Assembly: GCF_000150275.1 (NCBI RefSeq)
Contig: NW_002060952.1
Location: 394,482-458,481 of the forward strand
Source of the DNA: Trichoplax adhaerens
Lineage: Eukaryota; Animalia; Placozoa
Length of the DNA: 64,000 nt
Direction: 5' to 3'
Position numbers and translations under genes: made by a program. The notes beneath the pieces are model-generated. The model was not told the origin of the DNA. It did not search any database and saw only the letters and a list, made by a program, of their open reading frames with translations. Below, piece by piece: positions 29,201-42,949 of this stretch (position 1 is the stretch's first letter; each line of letters opens with the position of its first letter).

Positions 29201-30414
29201 AGAAATGCTTTAGTAGAATTTGATATTTGATTAGTAACTAGGAATCACACTTTGAGCTTAAAGAATTTACTGTATAGAGTGGCGTCTTTTTATTCACATA
29301 TTATTACTTCATGCTATATGAATACTCGAAGAATACTTGGATTAGCTTAACACTAAGTGTATATTACTTGGATTGGTGACAGCAGTAAAAATTGCTGCAA
29401 ACATTGCTAATTTAAGTACGAAGTAATTCTGTGTCGTTAAATAAATTAATATTAATTCTTATATTATTCGACATTGACGAGTAGATCTGCTTAGGAGGAG
29501 AAATACCCAAGTCTTTATACAAAACCGATTTGACGATTTGCAATGATGACTATACTACCGCTGTGATTAACCGAGGTGCCACCATGCAAATAAAATACGA
29601 GATTGAAGATCCTGGTACCACTATTCGGTAAGAGAAATGTATACCAATATTTAATCTTCAAGATTTTATACTTAGGCTCTGAGTCATTTGCATACTGTAC
29701 TAACTACAAGTTTTATATAACCCCTTTAATTTTGTCAAGTTGGGAGTTTAAAACTGATGGCCACGATATCGCTTTCGGATTATATTATAAGGAAGATGAA
29801 TCATTGGCGGACAGTAACATTGAAGAGATGGAAAAGCTGGTAATTTTATTTGATTTCTTTAATTTCGCGGAATGCTATGTAAAATTTTGATTACCACATA
29901 TTACATGAAAGCTTTCAGTATTTAAGATGATTTAATTAAAAAAAAACGATCTCAGATTTCAGTTGAGCGTAGGGACAGTCATTTACTTCCAGAGTATGGC
30001 AGCTTCTACTGTGATCGAACTGGAACTTGTAAGTTTATTATTATGGAGTAATACTTATTATCATCCAAAGGAGTAGAATATCAGTGATTTCAAATGATAT
30101 TGCGCTAGATTTGATTGCCATAACTTATAAGCGCTAATTTCTGCAATACGCATATGATATTCTATTAATAGTACTGTATAGATAATACTATTTATATGCA
30201 TTATGCGTTTCATCGATATAATTCAAAATTGCGCCAATTAATTATGACTATGTTTCATATAAGATATTGAATTGAATGTATTTTTTTCTTAGATATCGTG
30301 AACTTTGATAATTCATATAGCTGGACTCGAAATAAGCGTCTATCATATGCAATTGATGTTTTAAAACCTGATTTATCCAAAGATATCTGTAATTTTAATC
30401 TTATCAAGACATAG
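26274..30414 (+). CDS. SEC14L2: SEC14-like protein 2 family (CRAL-TRIO plus GOLD) lipid-binding protein, 5' end in or upstream of the gap. Exons <26274-26286, 26387-26430, 26584-26646, 27331-27424, 27892-27986, 28182-28257, 28328-28347, 28555-28615, 28754-28837, 28961-29067, 29485-29627, 29740-29839, 29956-30028, 30293-30414
   Basis: Spliced translation RWLKARKFDLAKSEAMLRK...GYDKEGSPV...LGLKHLWKP...YEENYPEFLKR...QLPKALGG...WEFKTDGHDIAFG...FDNSYSW matches the SEC14L2/3/4 family; all intron phases are consistent. Confidence 0.92.
26742..26805. repeat. Perfect 30-bp tandem duplication in a SEC14-like intron
   Basis: tatttgatttacaaatttttgtgtcaacag x2. Confidence 0.95.
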
Positions 30415-32655
30415 ATAATCTAGTTTTACAGGCTCTGATTTATTTCTAAATCGAGATATACAACTTTACTTTCCTGCGGTATAATTGAAATTTCGCTAGT
30501 AAAGTTATACTATCTAAAAAATGTAGCTAGAACTATTTGCTGTTATCGTCGATTGCTGCTATTAGGGTAATAGCTGAGCTTTTAAGGATAACATTGGAGG
30601 TATCAATAAAGCAATTCATTTTAGTCCCTTATATATACTTTAGGATAAATTCTAAATCTGTATTGCGCATCTGAGCCAGAATTTGGATATATAAATCTAT
30701 GTATCTTGTAAGCGTAGTCACAACATATATATATGAGTACAGTATATATAATATGAAATAGCCGAATAATTGCATTATTAAATATCATAAATTTATAATT
30801 GTAATTGAAAGCACTGTAAGGATATATCTTATGACGATGTATGCTTGGAAAATCGCATTAAGTTATCAATAAATTATGATTATACAAAATGAAGCTCTTA
30901 AATTTAAGTAGGAGATATAATATTAATTGATATTATTATCACTAATTGTTTTTTAAGCCCTTGTGATAAACGCTTCCTATAACGTAAATTTCATGATAAA
31001 GTATACTTGGAACTGAACTACCTGACAGTACAGTTACTGCAGTGCTACTACATATTTACGAATAATTTGTAGGGTTGAGTTATTCATTGTGGGTGAGAAT
31101 GAATATTTTAATACATTAAAATTTCAATTATGCCCATTGAGATACGGATGAGTAAGCATATGATTGGTATAAATATTGTTATAACAACACAAGACAGAAG
31201 GAAACCATGTGCAAACTTTCATTTTACAATAGGTAATACTCGTAGATTATCAGTATTTTTAAAGTGATAATTATAAGTATCCGATATGTGCTGTACTGTA
31301 TAGGAGGTGATTGATTACATCATTTTGTTATCTACAGTTACAAAAGATCAGCTCAAATACCACAGACTAAAGGAATTCACAAGAATTATGAATAGGAATA
31401 ACGAAGGAATAAATAGCATTAGATATAGCAATACAGAAGTTGTCGTCACGTCCAACGTTAAAAAAACTGTTCACTCAGTTCATTCGTTGCTCTTTCAGGA
31501 CACGACAATGCTTTATCTGCCTTGGATTACAGTAGAAATATCACATATTACCATACAGGATAAGGATACAGTTGAAAAATATTGTACTGTTTATTAAAGA
31601 GCGTTGATGTTAGAAGGAATGTCAATTGATGGAAATGCCAAACTAATTAGAACACGTGTTTGATAGAGTGATAGTTCCTTGAGCCAAATCATTAACGTAG
31701 TCTTCCATCATATACATTGTACGTACAATGGACAGCTTACACTTATCCATAGCGACTGATAAATTATCCCTTAGATACAGTATTGACGATATAATTCAAC
31801 GCACTGAATGAAGAGACATTTGCACTTGTATTTCTGTAATGATACAGCCATGGATGACTAGATGAATGGTCTATCTGGTAGTTCATGATACATATTGTAC
31901 GTATGTGTTTAGTTCAATCTCAGCTTGGGTTTCTTTTGTCTCCATGGATTGCATCGAGTTGCCCTCTCGTCGTTGATTAAACTTGATGAACAGTAATCTG
32001 TCTGCCTTTAAAAGTTAAACCCTTTTCTACGAAAGTGGCTATACGAACTTGACAGAGTGCATTTTTAAGGCATCATGCAGTGCATTCTCGTCGGACAAGA
32101 CATGTAGTCTAAGCAGTTATTTACATTTCCGATGGTCCGACACGGTTGCACACTGAAGGACTTTATAATATGCAGTATCGAGCTGCTTAAAGCTAATTTA
32201 TAAGCTTTAACCAGCCTGTGTTGAACTAGCTATAACAGAATTTTCAGTAACAACATTGGTACACTCGTGTTTCAATTGCATCCATTTGTAGGTACAGTAT
32301 TTTTTGCAATAGAGTGAATTAGTTAGAACTGTACCATAGTTTGATCCCTAAAAAATGTGCCAGACCTCTATATTGGTCTCTCGCTCCCTCTCCCTTTTTA
32401 GCGTCTCTACTGCACAGTAGGCCACCACAGGTTGCAAAAATCTTCAACTAGACATTACTGAAACTATGACTGAAGAAATATCTCAATATCTGCTCTAGTC
32501 TCTCTCTACTCAACGTGATGCCTAAGTTTTATACCGTTGGATGAGCTCAATCATAATTAAACTTCAATATTGCAGTATGTTCAGTAGAAATGTTAACCAA
32601 AACAAGAGAACATATGGAGCTGCTTGGCAGATATTGACAATTTTCCAAGCTGTCG

Positions 32656-32848
32656 CCACCCATCAATTTCGTCTATTCCATGAACTTCTAGAGCTATTTC
32701 AGTGCTATTGTAGCCATATTTGGTTTCCTCGCTGACACCACCCATGAATTTCGTCTATTCCATGGACTTCCAGAGCTATTTCAGTGCTACCGTAGCCATA
32801 TTTGATTTCCACGCTGACACCTCCCTAATACCACCCATGAATTTCGTC
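32656..32848. repeat. 82-bp tandem repeat (2 copies plus a partial) upstream of GST copy 1
   Basis: ccacccat.aatttcgtctattccatg.acttc.agagctatttcagtgcta..gtagccatatttg at 32656 and 32738, partial at 32831. Confidence 0.9.
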
Positions 32849-33408
32849 CCACAGTACAGTACTAAATGTCCCTGAGCTGTACTGTACACTGTAGTATCAT
32901 ACTGTAGTCTGGTTCCGGTCCTCGAACCTTAGACCGGGTCCGGACTATGAAGATCAGACGGTGGAGTATCGCACAGCACCTATTTTTCCATACTGTAGAC
33001 ATAAAAACAAAGTTGTTATTTTTGACCTCTATGCATTTTCCAGTTTAAGAGTACAATACATTGTACTGTAAGCTACGGTACCATGATTGCTCATTACAAT
33101 GCAAACTCCAAGCATGTACTGTATGATTATGTAAATAAAAGAGAAACAGCACAACAATAATCGCAAGATTGGCTCGCCAACTTAGTGCTACGTAGCTCAA
33201 GATTGGTAAGAAAAATCGCCAAGGAGATTTATCAAGAGCAAGTACTGAATATTTGATAGGTGGGTAATGTAGCCTTTTGGCAGTCTTTTTGCTCTAATTA
33301 GATTGAATTAATCTTAGTGATATAATAGAGTATCGATGTTGGCTGGAAATGTTGTAGTGAGTGGTAGTAATGCGCGTATGTTCAACTTTATTTTGTAGCT
33401 CAACGATT

Positions 33409-35438
33409 ATGGGTAAAATTAATCTTCATGCCAATCGATTTTCTCAGCCAGCACGCTCTGTCGAACTATTTCTAAAGGTTAATAATATTCCGTATGAGTT
33501 TCATCCAATTGATGTTCCTAAAGGTAAGCGGTGACTACTGACTAGTCATATAAGATTGTTACAGTATTGGATTGAAATAGTAGCTTACTGGTGTTTGCTA
33601 ACTAAAAATTAAAGTGCATCTCAGATCATCGCTCATATTTCTGCGCTTGGCATATTGCTTTACAAAGTTCGTTTACTTCATTCCAATTGCACCATATCGT
33701 ATTATATGTTTCTTTATTCCATCATGACTTCCATGAAATGGTATCTCATTTCATGCGGTTTCTATGATCGTACTGCTTCTTCCAAAATGCGTACATGCTA
33801 CTGCCACGAGATTGTTCCAGTGGAGAAAATCATTAATACAAGATATAATAGTAATCAAACCGCTGAATTGATCATCGAATGCACTTGATCCGACCATTTT
33901 TTTGGAGTCAAGACTGACATAAAGACAAAAAATGTGCATGTGCGGTACCTCTCGATTTTCTTCTAAGGCTATTGTGCAGCTCGGTACCGTCGAAATAGAA
34001 CCGTATTAAAAATAGGCTTTTTATCACTTACCGATGATTATATTATTAACTTACGGTCAACAATTTACTCAGTCATGAATTGGCGGAGAAAAATATTTTA
34101 TTTTGTTTGATATTTACTTGGTATTTTATGGTATTTACCTATTTGGTAAATAAGTACTGTTCTGTGTTTTTAGATATAAATGAAACGACTGAAATCATAA
34201 AAAACGATATCTATGATTCATTAATTATTAGCAGCAATAAAGTGTGTAATGGGCGTAATAACACATGTTACATACCCGTATATGCACATACAATATATTT
34301 GATTGGCCATTTGGTAAGAAGGATGATTTCTAGGTTCCACCAAGGCATTTAACAAATTTCCTTCTCGTTAATGTATCTCTAGGTGATAATCGCACTGAAT
34401 CGTTCCTAAAAATTAACCCAACAGGAACTGTACCAGCTTTAGTGGACGATGAATTCTCTTTATTTGAAAGGTATACTTTAATGATTATTTTGTGCAATAT
34501 CTACCTACTGAATCAAAGTGCAATAGTGCATGCTATTGTTGTAATTCTCACATCAGTTACTTGCTCACGGTTTGCTTAAAAAGATCACTAAATCTTAATG
34601 TCAGTTTAAGGAAGTATGATCTGCTTAACGCATTCTGTTTACCTTACCTATGCAGCGTAGCCATGATTCAATATTTGGCTAAAAAATATTCGACTCCTGA
34701 TCATTGGTACCCAAAGGAGATCCGTGCCAGAGCTCGAATTAATGAGTATCTCGCTTGGCATCATTTTAACACTAGGACAAACGGAGCTACTGGATATTTC
34801 ATTGCTTTGGTAAGCTCTTCATTACTGTACAGTACTTATAGTATACGCGTACACGTACAGTATGACGCTAGTTACGAATATGCAGATTTAAGGCTGTTTA
34901 GATCTTACAGTATCATACCTCTGGTAATGTAAATACGAAACCAAAATAATTAGGATACATGTCGATTGCCTTGATTAAGCTATCGATAAAAATCCTAACC
35001 CAGGATAGTAATATACTATACTGTTACTGTACAGTACAGTTCCATACTGTGGACATTAGATATACTTTATACGTAATTCATGTTGCAAATTCTTTACCTT
35101 TACGTAATTTTTTCCATTACATTACCCTATAGTTTATAAAACCACGTTATCTTAAAATCGAAGTAAGTGATGAAGAAGTACAAGAGGCTAAGGAAAAGTT
35201 TGAAAAGATGTTGGATGCATTTGAGAGTTACTACCTGAAGGGTACAGAATTTATCAGTTCAAATACAATGTCGATTGCCGATATTATGGCACTTAATGAA
35301 CTTACTCAGCTAGTTGCAATTGGAATCGAACCTGGTAAAGATAGGCCAAAAATTGCCGATTGGTATGAAAGATGCAAGCAGGCTTTGCAACCCCATTTCG
35401 ATGATGTGCACACTGACATATTCAGCTTAAGAAAATAA
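33409..35438 (+). CDS. GSTT: Glutathione S-transferase theta class, copy 1 (~220 aa; exons 33409-33523, 34383-34470, 34656-34809, 35133-35438)
   Basis: MGKINLHANRFSQPARSV...INPTGTVPAL...LFESVAMIQYL...DHWYPK...RARINEYLAWHH...SIADI. Confidence 0.92.
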
Positions 35439-36325
35439 TTCTTGGTCTGATCAATTATACAAGTTGTTAATAGATTGACTTTTAGGTATTTCTACTTCGC
35501 TCTGCAACTCCTATTCTCGAGATGTAATATCTCTTATTAATTACTTACTACTGTTATTCTACACATAAATTCAATATATTTTAGTTTAGTTCCTATCATC
35601 TTGCACTCATTACATTGGGACGAAAGGATTAGTGCCTTTATTGATTGTTTATTCTTCATATGGATAGGTAAAATGCGGCATCGGATTTAGCGTGGGGTAC
35701 GGATATAACTCGGAACGCAGTTATGCGCAAGCTTGTTAGATTTAGTATTTCTTAACGTCTTTAGAGCTACACACAGTAATTATCTACAAGAATACCTTAA
35801 CTGGTAATAATTTGGCTTGCGTATACGCATCAGCAAGTAGCTGCTGTACCACCGTTCGAGAGCATTCGCAGATATTGATATAGGTTTCACAGGTTTAACG
35901 ATATAATGACATTTTTTAATATTAAGCCCATATACTGAATACGCATAGGTTAAATCTTTAATAAACGATTTATTTCTATTAATTCATTTCTCTTGTGAGG
36001 CATACAAAGTGATAGATTAGCAATTACTGAACGCATAGCTAAGCGGTACATTATACAGTATATATATGATGATGAAATGAAGCGCTGAGTGTCTATCGTG
36101 GTAGAAGAGTCACAGTCACATCGACTAACACATACTACAATAATACGAATTAAAACACATTTATAACCAGGTTATACAAAACTAGAGGCACATTTACTTC
36201 TTGTTATCGAATTACAGTGAGTCCGCAAAGAACGGACAATACATGCATGATAACTACAGAGCCAAAGTGATATCGTGTGTCCATTGCACTGTACTCTGTA
36301 TCGCCCGAATGGTGAGTAACGCCGT

Positions 36326-38476
36326 CTACTCGAATTCTTCCTTGATTTGTAGTGGTTTAAATATTTGGTCCAAAACTTGGTGGGCAGACTCGAAAGCAGC
36401 CCCCAGACTAGCAACGACTCGTTCTTTCCAGGCTTTCACTTTTGGTCTGTGCTTACCGATGTCAATGCCAATATATTCAATCTGACTAAATTCAGATATT
36501 GATACAACGTCGGCGATGGAGATTTCATTGCCACCGATGAAGTCAGAATCTTTAAGGAAGTACTTTTCAAACAAGTCTAGTGCTGCTGTTAATTTTGTTT
36601 TTCTCTCACTGATAAGTCCTTCATTTCTTGGTTCATTTCTTAAACTGGTCGTTACAGCCTATTACGAAGAACGGAAGAACAGATTAACTTTGTAATTATC
36701 CAACATATAGTTTATCTAAATGCTTCGTGCAGTACTGTATATTCTATACCACAATGGGAAATGATAAGATTATTAAGATAGGGGCAGAGTCCATTTACGC
36801 TAAGTAATTGCATCAACGCATCTATTGCTTAATGTCTCGATTGATTTTAGCGGATGCATGATTAACATGGTTAGCGTATCAATATAGATGATGTTGTTGG
36901 GAGAGCGATTTTACGGGGAGCAAAAGTGGCTCTTGTGTGAAGACTACTGTGTATGCATGCTGTTTAGAACTCTTTTTATAAGTAAAAATCTGCTCCATCC
37001 GTGGCTTATGTATATATTAATGTACAGTATAATGCACAGTACATCTCTGTACAGTTAAATAGTATGTTACTAAATTGATAATGGATCTTCATGGTTATTG
37101 CGGTATTTTGATATACAACGTTTGATTTACAATAGCACAATATTTACCACAAAGTAAAATAGTATTCCTGTTGCTTGTCGGCAGTTGTCATGCCACGACA
37201 GGTACTCGTCGATTTTAGCTCTTCGTTTTATATCAGTAGGATACCAGTGATTTGGAGTCTCATACTTTTGAGCCAGGAATTGAATCATTGCGATACTGTA
37301 AAATAGTAACCGTAGCTTTATCGATAATTATATATATAAGAAGTGTTTCTTCATACATAACAGAAAGTTGAGATTGATTACGACCGTATGACGTGTGTGA
37401 TATAAGTAAGTCGTAAGAGCGAAGCCAGCGGAGAGCAATACATAATCTGGTATTAATTTAAACTAGAACATCAATTGAGTAGACAATAAATATTCGCCGC
37501 AAAATTTCTTGGACGTGGAAATCAACTTTACGAATGTTATTTTTGGTTGATAAAAGAAGTGGTACAGTAGTACTAAGAACTTGATCAAATGTAATATAAA
37601 GAAACTGAGCTACTATTTTGTTACATGTAAATTATGATGCAGTCGTACCAACCTTTCGGAAAGGAAAAAGTCTCCATCTTTCAATGCGGGAACTTTTTGA
37701 TGCGGATTGATTTTACGGTATTCTTCAGATTTTTGCTCACCTGTAATGTTAGGGAAATTTTAATTTTGAATTATTATCTTCAAAATAGAAATCCTTCAGT
37801 TACTTTATTGACTTATTTTACTTTTGCTCTTGTTAACTAGAATGATTTTAATTTCATTTTTAATATGCACGAGGGTAAGTGCAACTCCGGTACAATATTA
37901 CAAATACAAGCAGGAGTTGATTTAATTAGCAGTATCTGGAGAAACTTGACTTCAGCTAGAGGAATGAAGTACGTGTGGAGATCGTAGGTCTATAATTCTT
38001 CGTAACCTAAGACAGTGGTGTAGTGCAAAATGGATGCATACTATAATTCATATGCCTATGGCTAATCTGCTGTCTACCAGTAACTATTACTTGAAAAGCC
38101 ATGGTAAGGTTTGATGAACGCTTTAGTATACTGTACTACAGTATGTAACAGTAAGAAGATCATGGAATGTCAAGCAGGCTTAATATAAGCTCCAGTTTTT
38201 ACGCTACGAAATTATTCTTCATAACAAGTTATCATGAGCTAAGGGTTGGAAATGCAAGAATAATACATTTACCTTGGGGTATCTTGACTCGTCTATAAAT
38301 ACGTATGCCGTTGCAAGAAACAATCTACGCTATACAGTATCGCTTTAATTTAGTCTAGTACCTGTGATGAGATCGATTTTATGGTATTCAAATGGGATTT
38401 CGTTAGCAGTCATAAACATATAGACCGCACGGCATGGAGGTGAGACAAGGTGAGAGTAGAAATCGATTTTCGACAT
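36326..38476 (-). CDS. GSTT: Glutathione S-transferase theta class, copy 2 (~227 aa; exons 38476-38362, 37740-37653, 37295-37148, 36658-36326)
   Basis: MSKIDFYSHLVSPPCRAVYMF...INPHQKVPALKDGDFFLSESIAMIQFL...HWYP...ISIADV; same intron positions as copies 1 and 3. Confidence 0.92.
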
Positions 38477-39750
38477 TTTCCTATTTCAAGCAGTCAGCGT
38501 GAGTGGTGAAAATAGAAAGGCAAGAAGGTAAAGGAACTGATCGCGCAGTGGCAGTCTCGTTTTACTGCAACCATAGTACAGTATAGTGTGTCCATATGCA
38601 CAGACCAACAGACATACAGACGGTCATCTCTGTTCCCATTTTTGGACTGTACAGTACAGTACTTCTATGTTGCGTTGGTACAGCCAAGTTCTGCAAATGG
38701 TCGATGGGCTAATGACTCTGCTGGATAAAACTTCACGATCATGACAATATTTATTTGTTATTATTATTATTAGCCTGAAGTTTACTACTGTATACCTGCA
38801 GCGAAAGCTCACAGGAATAACTACTGTAGATGAGCCGGAAATGTTGTGTAAAAAGCATAGTTCCAATTGGTGTGGTGGACTCTTGCAAATTCATGAAATC
38901 ATTTATTTATTTATTTGTAGAAATTTTTATTGTCAATAAATTAATTATCAATTGTTGATCCTTAATAAATCTGCTGCGTCATGATGTTGAAAAGAAATTT
39001 TAGGCTCCTGATTAAATAATTACAGATCATAATCAAATAAGCCTTAGTCGTTGTTGCTGTTGTTCATAACCGACAGTATATGCTAACGCAAAGTGCTATA
39101 AGCGGAGTAGAGTAGATCATAATAATAAATAATAATAACAACTTGTTAATAACTGACTGCACAGGTATAATTTGTATAAGATGCAAAGACACCTCCTTCA
39201 TAATGAAGCTAGAGCATAGTTACTGTAAATGGCATCCAGTAATTTCACAATTAATGAATTATCATGATTTGCATAGAAACGCCAGTAGTGGCACGAATGC
39301 TACCATAAAGTTGTATCAACTTTCTGGCTTAACTGCCATTTTATTTCATATGTTGCTGTATTTGAAGAATTGAAGGTTCGATTCAAATCATCAGTTATCG
39401 CACCTTTCCAACGAATGTCTTACTAGACTTACGGGCTGCATTCGGCACAGTGCTATACGTAAAATTCGTCAGCACGGTCACTTTTCTACCCTTTTTTTTT
39501 TAAAGACTGTTTTAATAAATTATGTAGTGTACTGTGTGTACAAAAGAATTTTAAAGTATACTTTAGTATGTTTTATTTATTGTTTACGGAACATTGACAT
39601 TTTAATTAGAGTGCTTAATAGGAGAGAAACATCCTAGTACTGTACTGTACTGTACTGTATGACCGTATTTTCGTGCAGTTTGATAGGTTTAGCCGTTTAG
39701 TCTAGCTGATTTTACATTGGTTGAATCCGCCCAGAGAGAAGCAAGTCAAA

Positions 39751-40929
39751 ATGTCCAGCGTTGATTTTTATGCTCATCTTGCATCACAGCCATGTCGTGC
39801 TGTACAAATCTTCATGAAAGCCAACAATATCCCTTTCAACTATCACTTTATCGATTTACCGAAAGGTACAGATACGTTTATGATTCGTAGTATTAAAGTT
39901 TTCAAATGCAAGCTAAGTCTCGTCAATCAATATGCCGTGCATTGCACTTCCTACGATCTGAATGGATAAGCATATTAGGATACTGTCAATAATATACTGT
40001 ATATCTGTGTAGGGGAACAGTCGACAGAAGCCTTTTTGAAGATTAATCCTTTTGGGAAAGTTCCAGCCATTAAGGATGGAGATTTTTGTCTTGCTGAAGG
40101 GTAATAACTAAAAGATACAGTGCAGCATGTACAGTACAGAATAAATGTTATACGTATAGGAATTGGAGCTTTTCACTAATCTGCGATATGTACCAAGTGC
40201 ACTAACAGTAGCCATTATAGTTTTAAGATCACATGGAAGAATTATTAACATTTGCCATTACGCTTGTGCCTTTTTCATTCGGTTGATACCCTTGGTCTTA
40301 ATACTTGCTGATCTATACGCGTATAATTATTTAGTATAGCTATTGTTCAGTATTTGGCTGCCAAATATTCCACGCCTGAACACTGGTATCCTAAGGATAC
40401 TGCAACTAGAGCAAGAGTTAACGAGTATCTATGTTGGCATCATAGCAACACTAGAGGTGGTGCTGGCGGAGTATTTTATAATGTGGTGAGTGCTAATTTT
40501 TATTGATTGAATAAAATTTAGGATGGATTAATCAACTATAGGACTCTATAAAACTGCGAGATAGCCGTCTAATTATGAAATAATATCGATTAGGCGATAA
40601 TAGCAAAGGTGAGGCAACAACCCAGGAATGAAGCTGCCATAAAGGAAGCCAAAGAAAAATTAACCTCAGCTCTCAATATGTTCGAGAATTACTTCGTTAA
40701 GGATCGTTCATACATTGGGGGTTCTGAAATTTGTATTGGTGATATATTTGCAGCTTGTGAATTCAGTCAGTTAGATCACCTCGGTATTGATATTGGCAAG
40801 AAAAGACCCAACGTGAAGGCATGGAGAGAGCGAGTTATTGCAAAGTTGGGAGCACATTACCAAGAAGCCCATGAGACTATAGATAATTTTGCTAAACACT
40901 TCAACTTCACTACAGAACCATTTGAGTAA
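39751..40929 (+). CDS. GSTT: Glutathione S-transferase theta class, copy 3 (~229 aa; exons 39751-39865, 40013-40100, 40335-40485, 40594-40929)
   Basis: MSSVDFYAHLASQPCRAV...INPFGKVPAIKDGDFCLAEGIAIVQYL...HWYPKD...RARVNEYLCWHH. Confidence 0.93.
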
Positions 40930-42949
40930 TTTGGCTATGGTATATGTTGTTGATGCCATTCTGCAATTTAGGATTATGTTCAGTGTCGAATATCGATTGA
41001 GTTAAAAGAAGTTATCTATGTTAGTCTGCAGTTTTTGTAGAATCCATGCCATATTGATGTATCCTCTTTTATCATCCAATGGAACTGAATTAAATACGTT
41101 AGCTCTAGCTACTGCTTCACCACCACAACTATACGATATGCAAACATCAATAAAAGAAATCGTTTAGCTGGACTCTTGAATTGTGAGTGTATTGGTTTGA
41201 TATAGTAATTCTAGCTTCAATAATCTTATTACCGTGACATACTGCGCTGCTGATCCATTTTATAGCAATTTCAGTATGCCTAGATATTCTAGATCATGAC
41301 TAGATTTATAGCTCAATGGATGAATGAAGTTAGGATCTAGTAAATCTGCGGCTTACCATAATTGCTTAATTGATTCATTAATGTAGATACAGATCAGAGA
41401 TTAATTTATAATCCATGGGACGAATTTTACATGAGTGATATCCATGTTCGACCAATGGTTGTGGACGCATCTAAGTTATACATTACATTCATGTCATTTA
41501 TATCTAATTATGCGTTTAAAGATACACTTTGAATATTAATGAATAACTCTTTAAGCCTAGATGACGGCAACACTTCATCACAACACACACAATTCTAAAT
41601 ATATGGACACATACGCGAGTATAGTATGATAACGAGATTCTTGGATACAAAATATATTATTTGCTGTGAAGTGTTGTATGCAAGGTCCAGATCTTTGATG
41701 ATGAGTTAGTATTGGTATGATTATGTGTATATTTTCTCCAACGTTCTCTAGCAGTGTTTCAATTTATTTTCTCCTATTTCGTTGTTAGCACAAACTTTAG
41801 GACTTAATATGAATGGATCATTGCTTAAGACACATACAGTACGTACTGATATACGTACAATGGACAGTACTGTGTATTAGTCGTCATTATCATCTACAAT
41901 TTTCTGATTACTTGTAGAACACTTCACCAGTGTAATTAATATTCCAACATGGTTAAATATCGTACAATTCCTCACTGTTTCAATAGGAGAATTCATCATT
42001 TATTGACTAATGAGTACACGGTGAAAGTATTTCGTTTTGGATCTACTAATTTTCATAAATTGATTCAATTTATGAATTAATTATAATGGCAGTATACTGG
42101 CAGAAAATGAATTATCGACATACGGATACGTAGTAATTGATTGGTTCGTGTTTTTCTTTTGAAATTTTGATTGATTGAACGCTGCAATAGTACAGTATTG
42201 AAGGCCATCATGAGTAATTCACGGCGGATTGGCACAAATACTAAATGGGCATCCCTATTAACACACACATATAAGTAGCACAGCACTGTAGACCATCGTC
42301 ATTTTAGGATGATCATTGCTCGAATGACTTGACGTGGAATGAATGAATGAACAAGATTGTCTACATTGCGATATACAGTACAGTATATGTGTCATAGACT
42401 ATCCTCATAGGATTGTTCGTTTGATGTATTTGTAGACCAGTCAAAGCACCTATTTCACCAGATATAATCCATTCTTCATTGACTATTCATTGAAGAGTGG
42501 TACTGTCGAGGTAAAAATTACCTTTATCTGTTGACTACAACGGGTAAAAGAAGATGCTACGAGCTAGTCAATAAATTAAATTTAACCATATCTACATACT
42601 GTACATTATGAATTAATGAATAATACATTCATTATTATTAATATACAGGGCAAATAGTACTGTACGTCTGTACTATTCATATAGGGATAATCTACAAAAG
42701 ACTGATCGTATTTATATACGTTATATACAGTACACTGTACCATTCGGCTAGTATCATCTCTCTTTACTGTAGAGTTGGCCAATGGCTCATTTTTCACTTT
42801 ACTAGTAAGCAATTTCGTTACTAGTGTTCATTATTACTGGGAAATCCGATCTCGGTGATCCCAAAGATTATTTCCCAAGTTTTTTTTTTTCAACTTGCTG
42901 TTGAAACGGAAATGACAAAGCGCATGAGTGGTCTGATCATTTAAGCATA

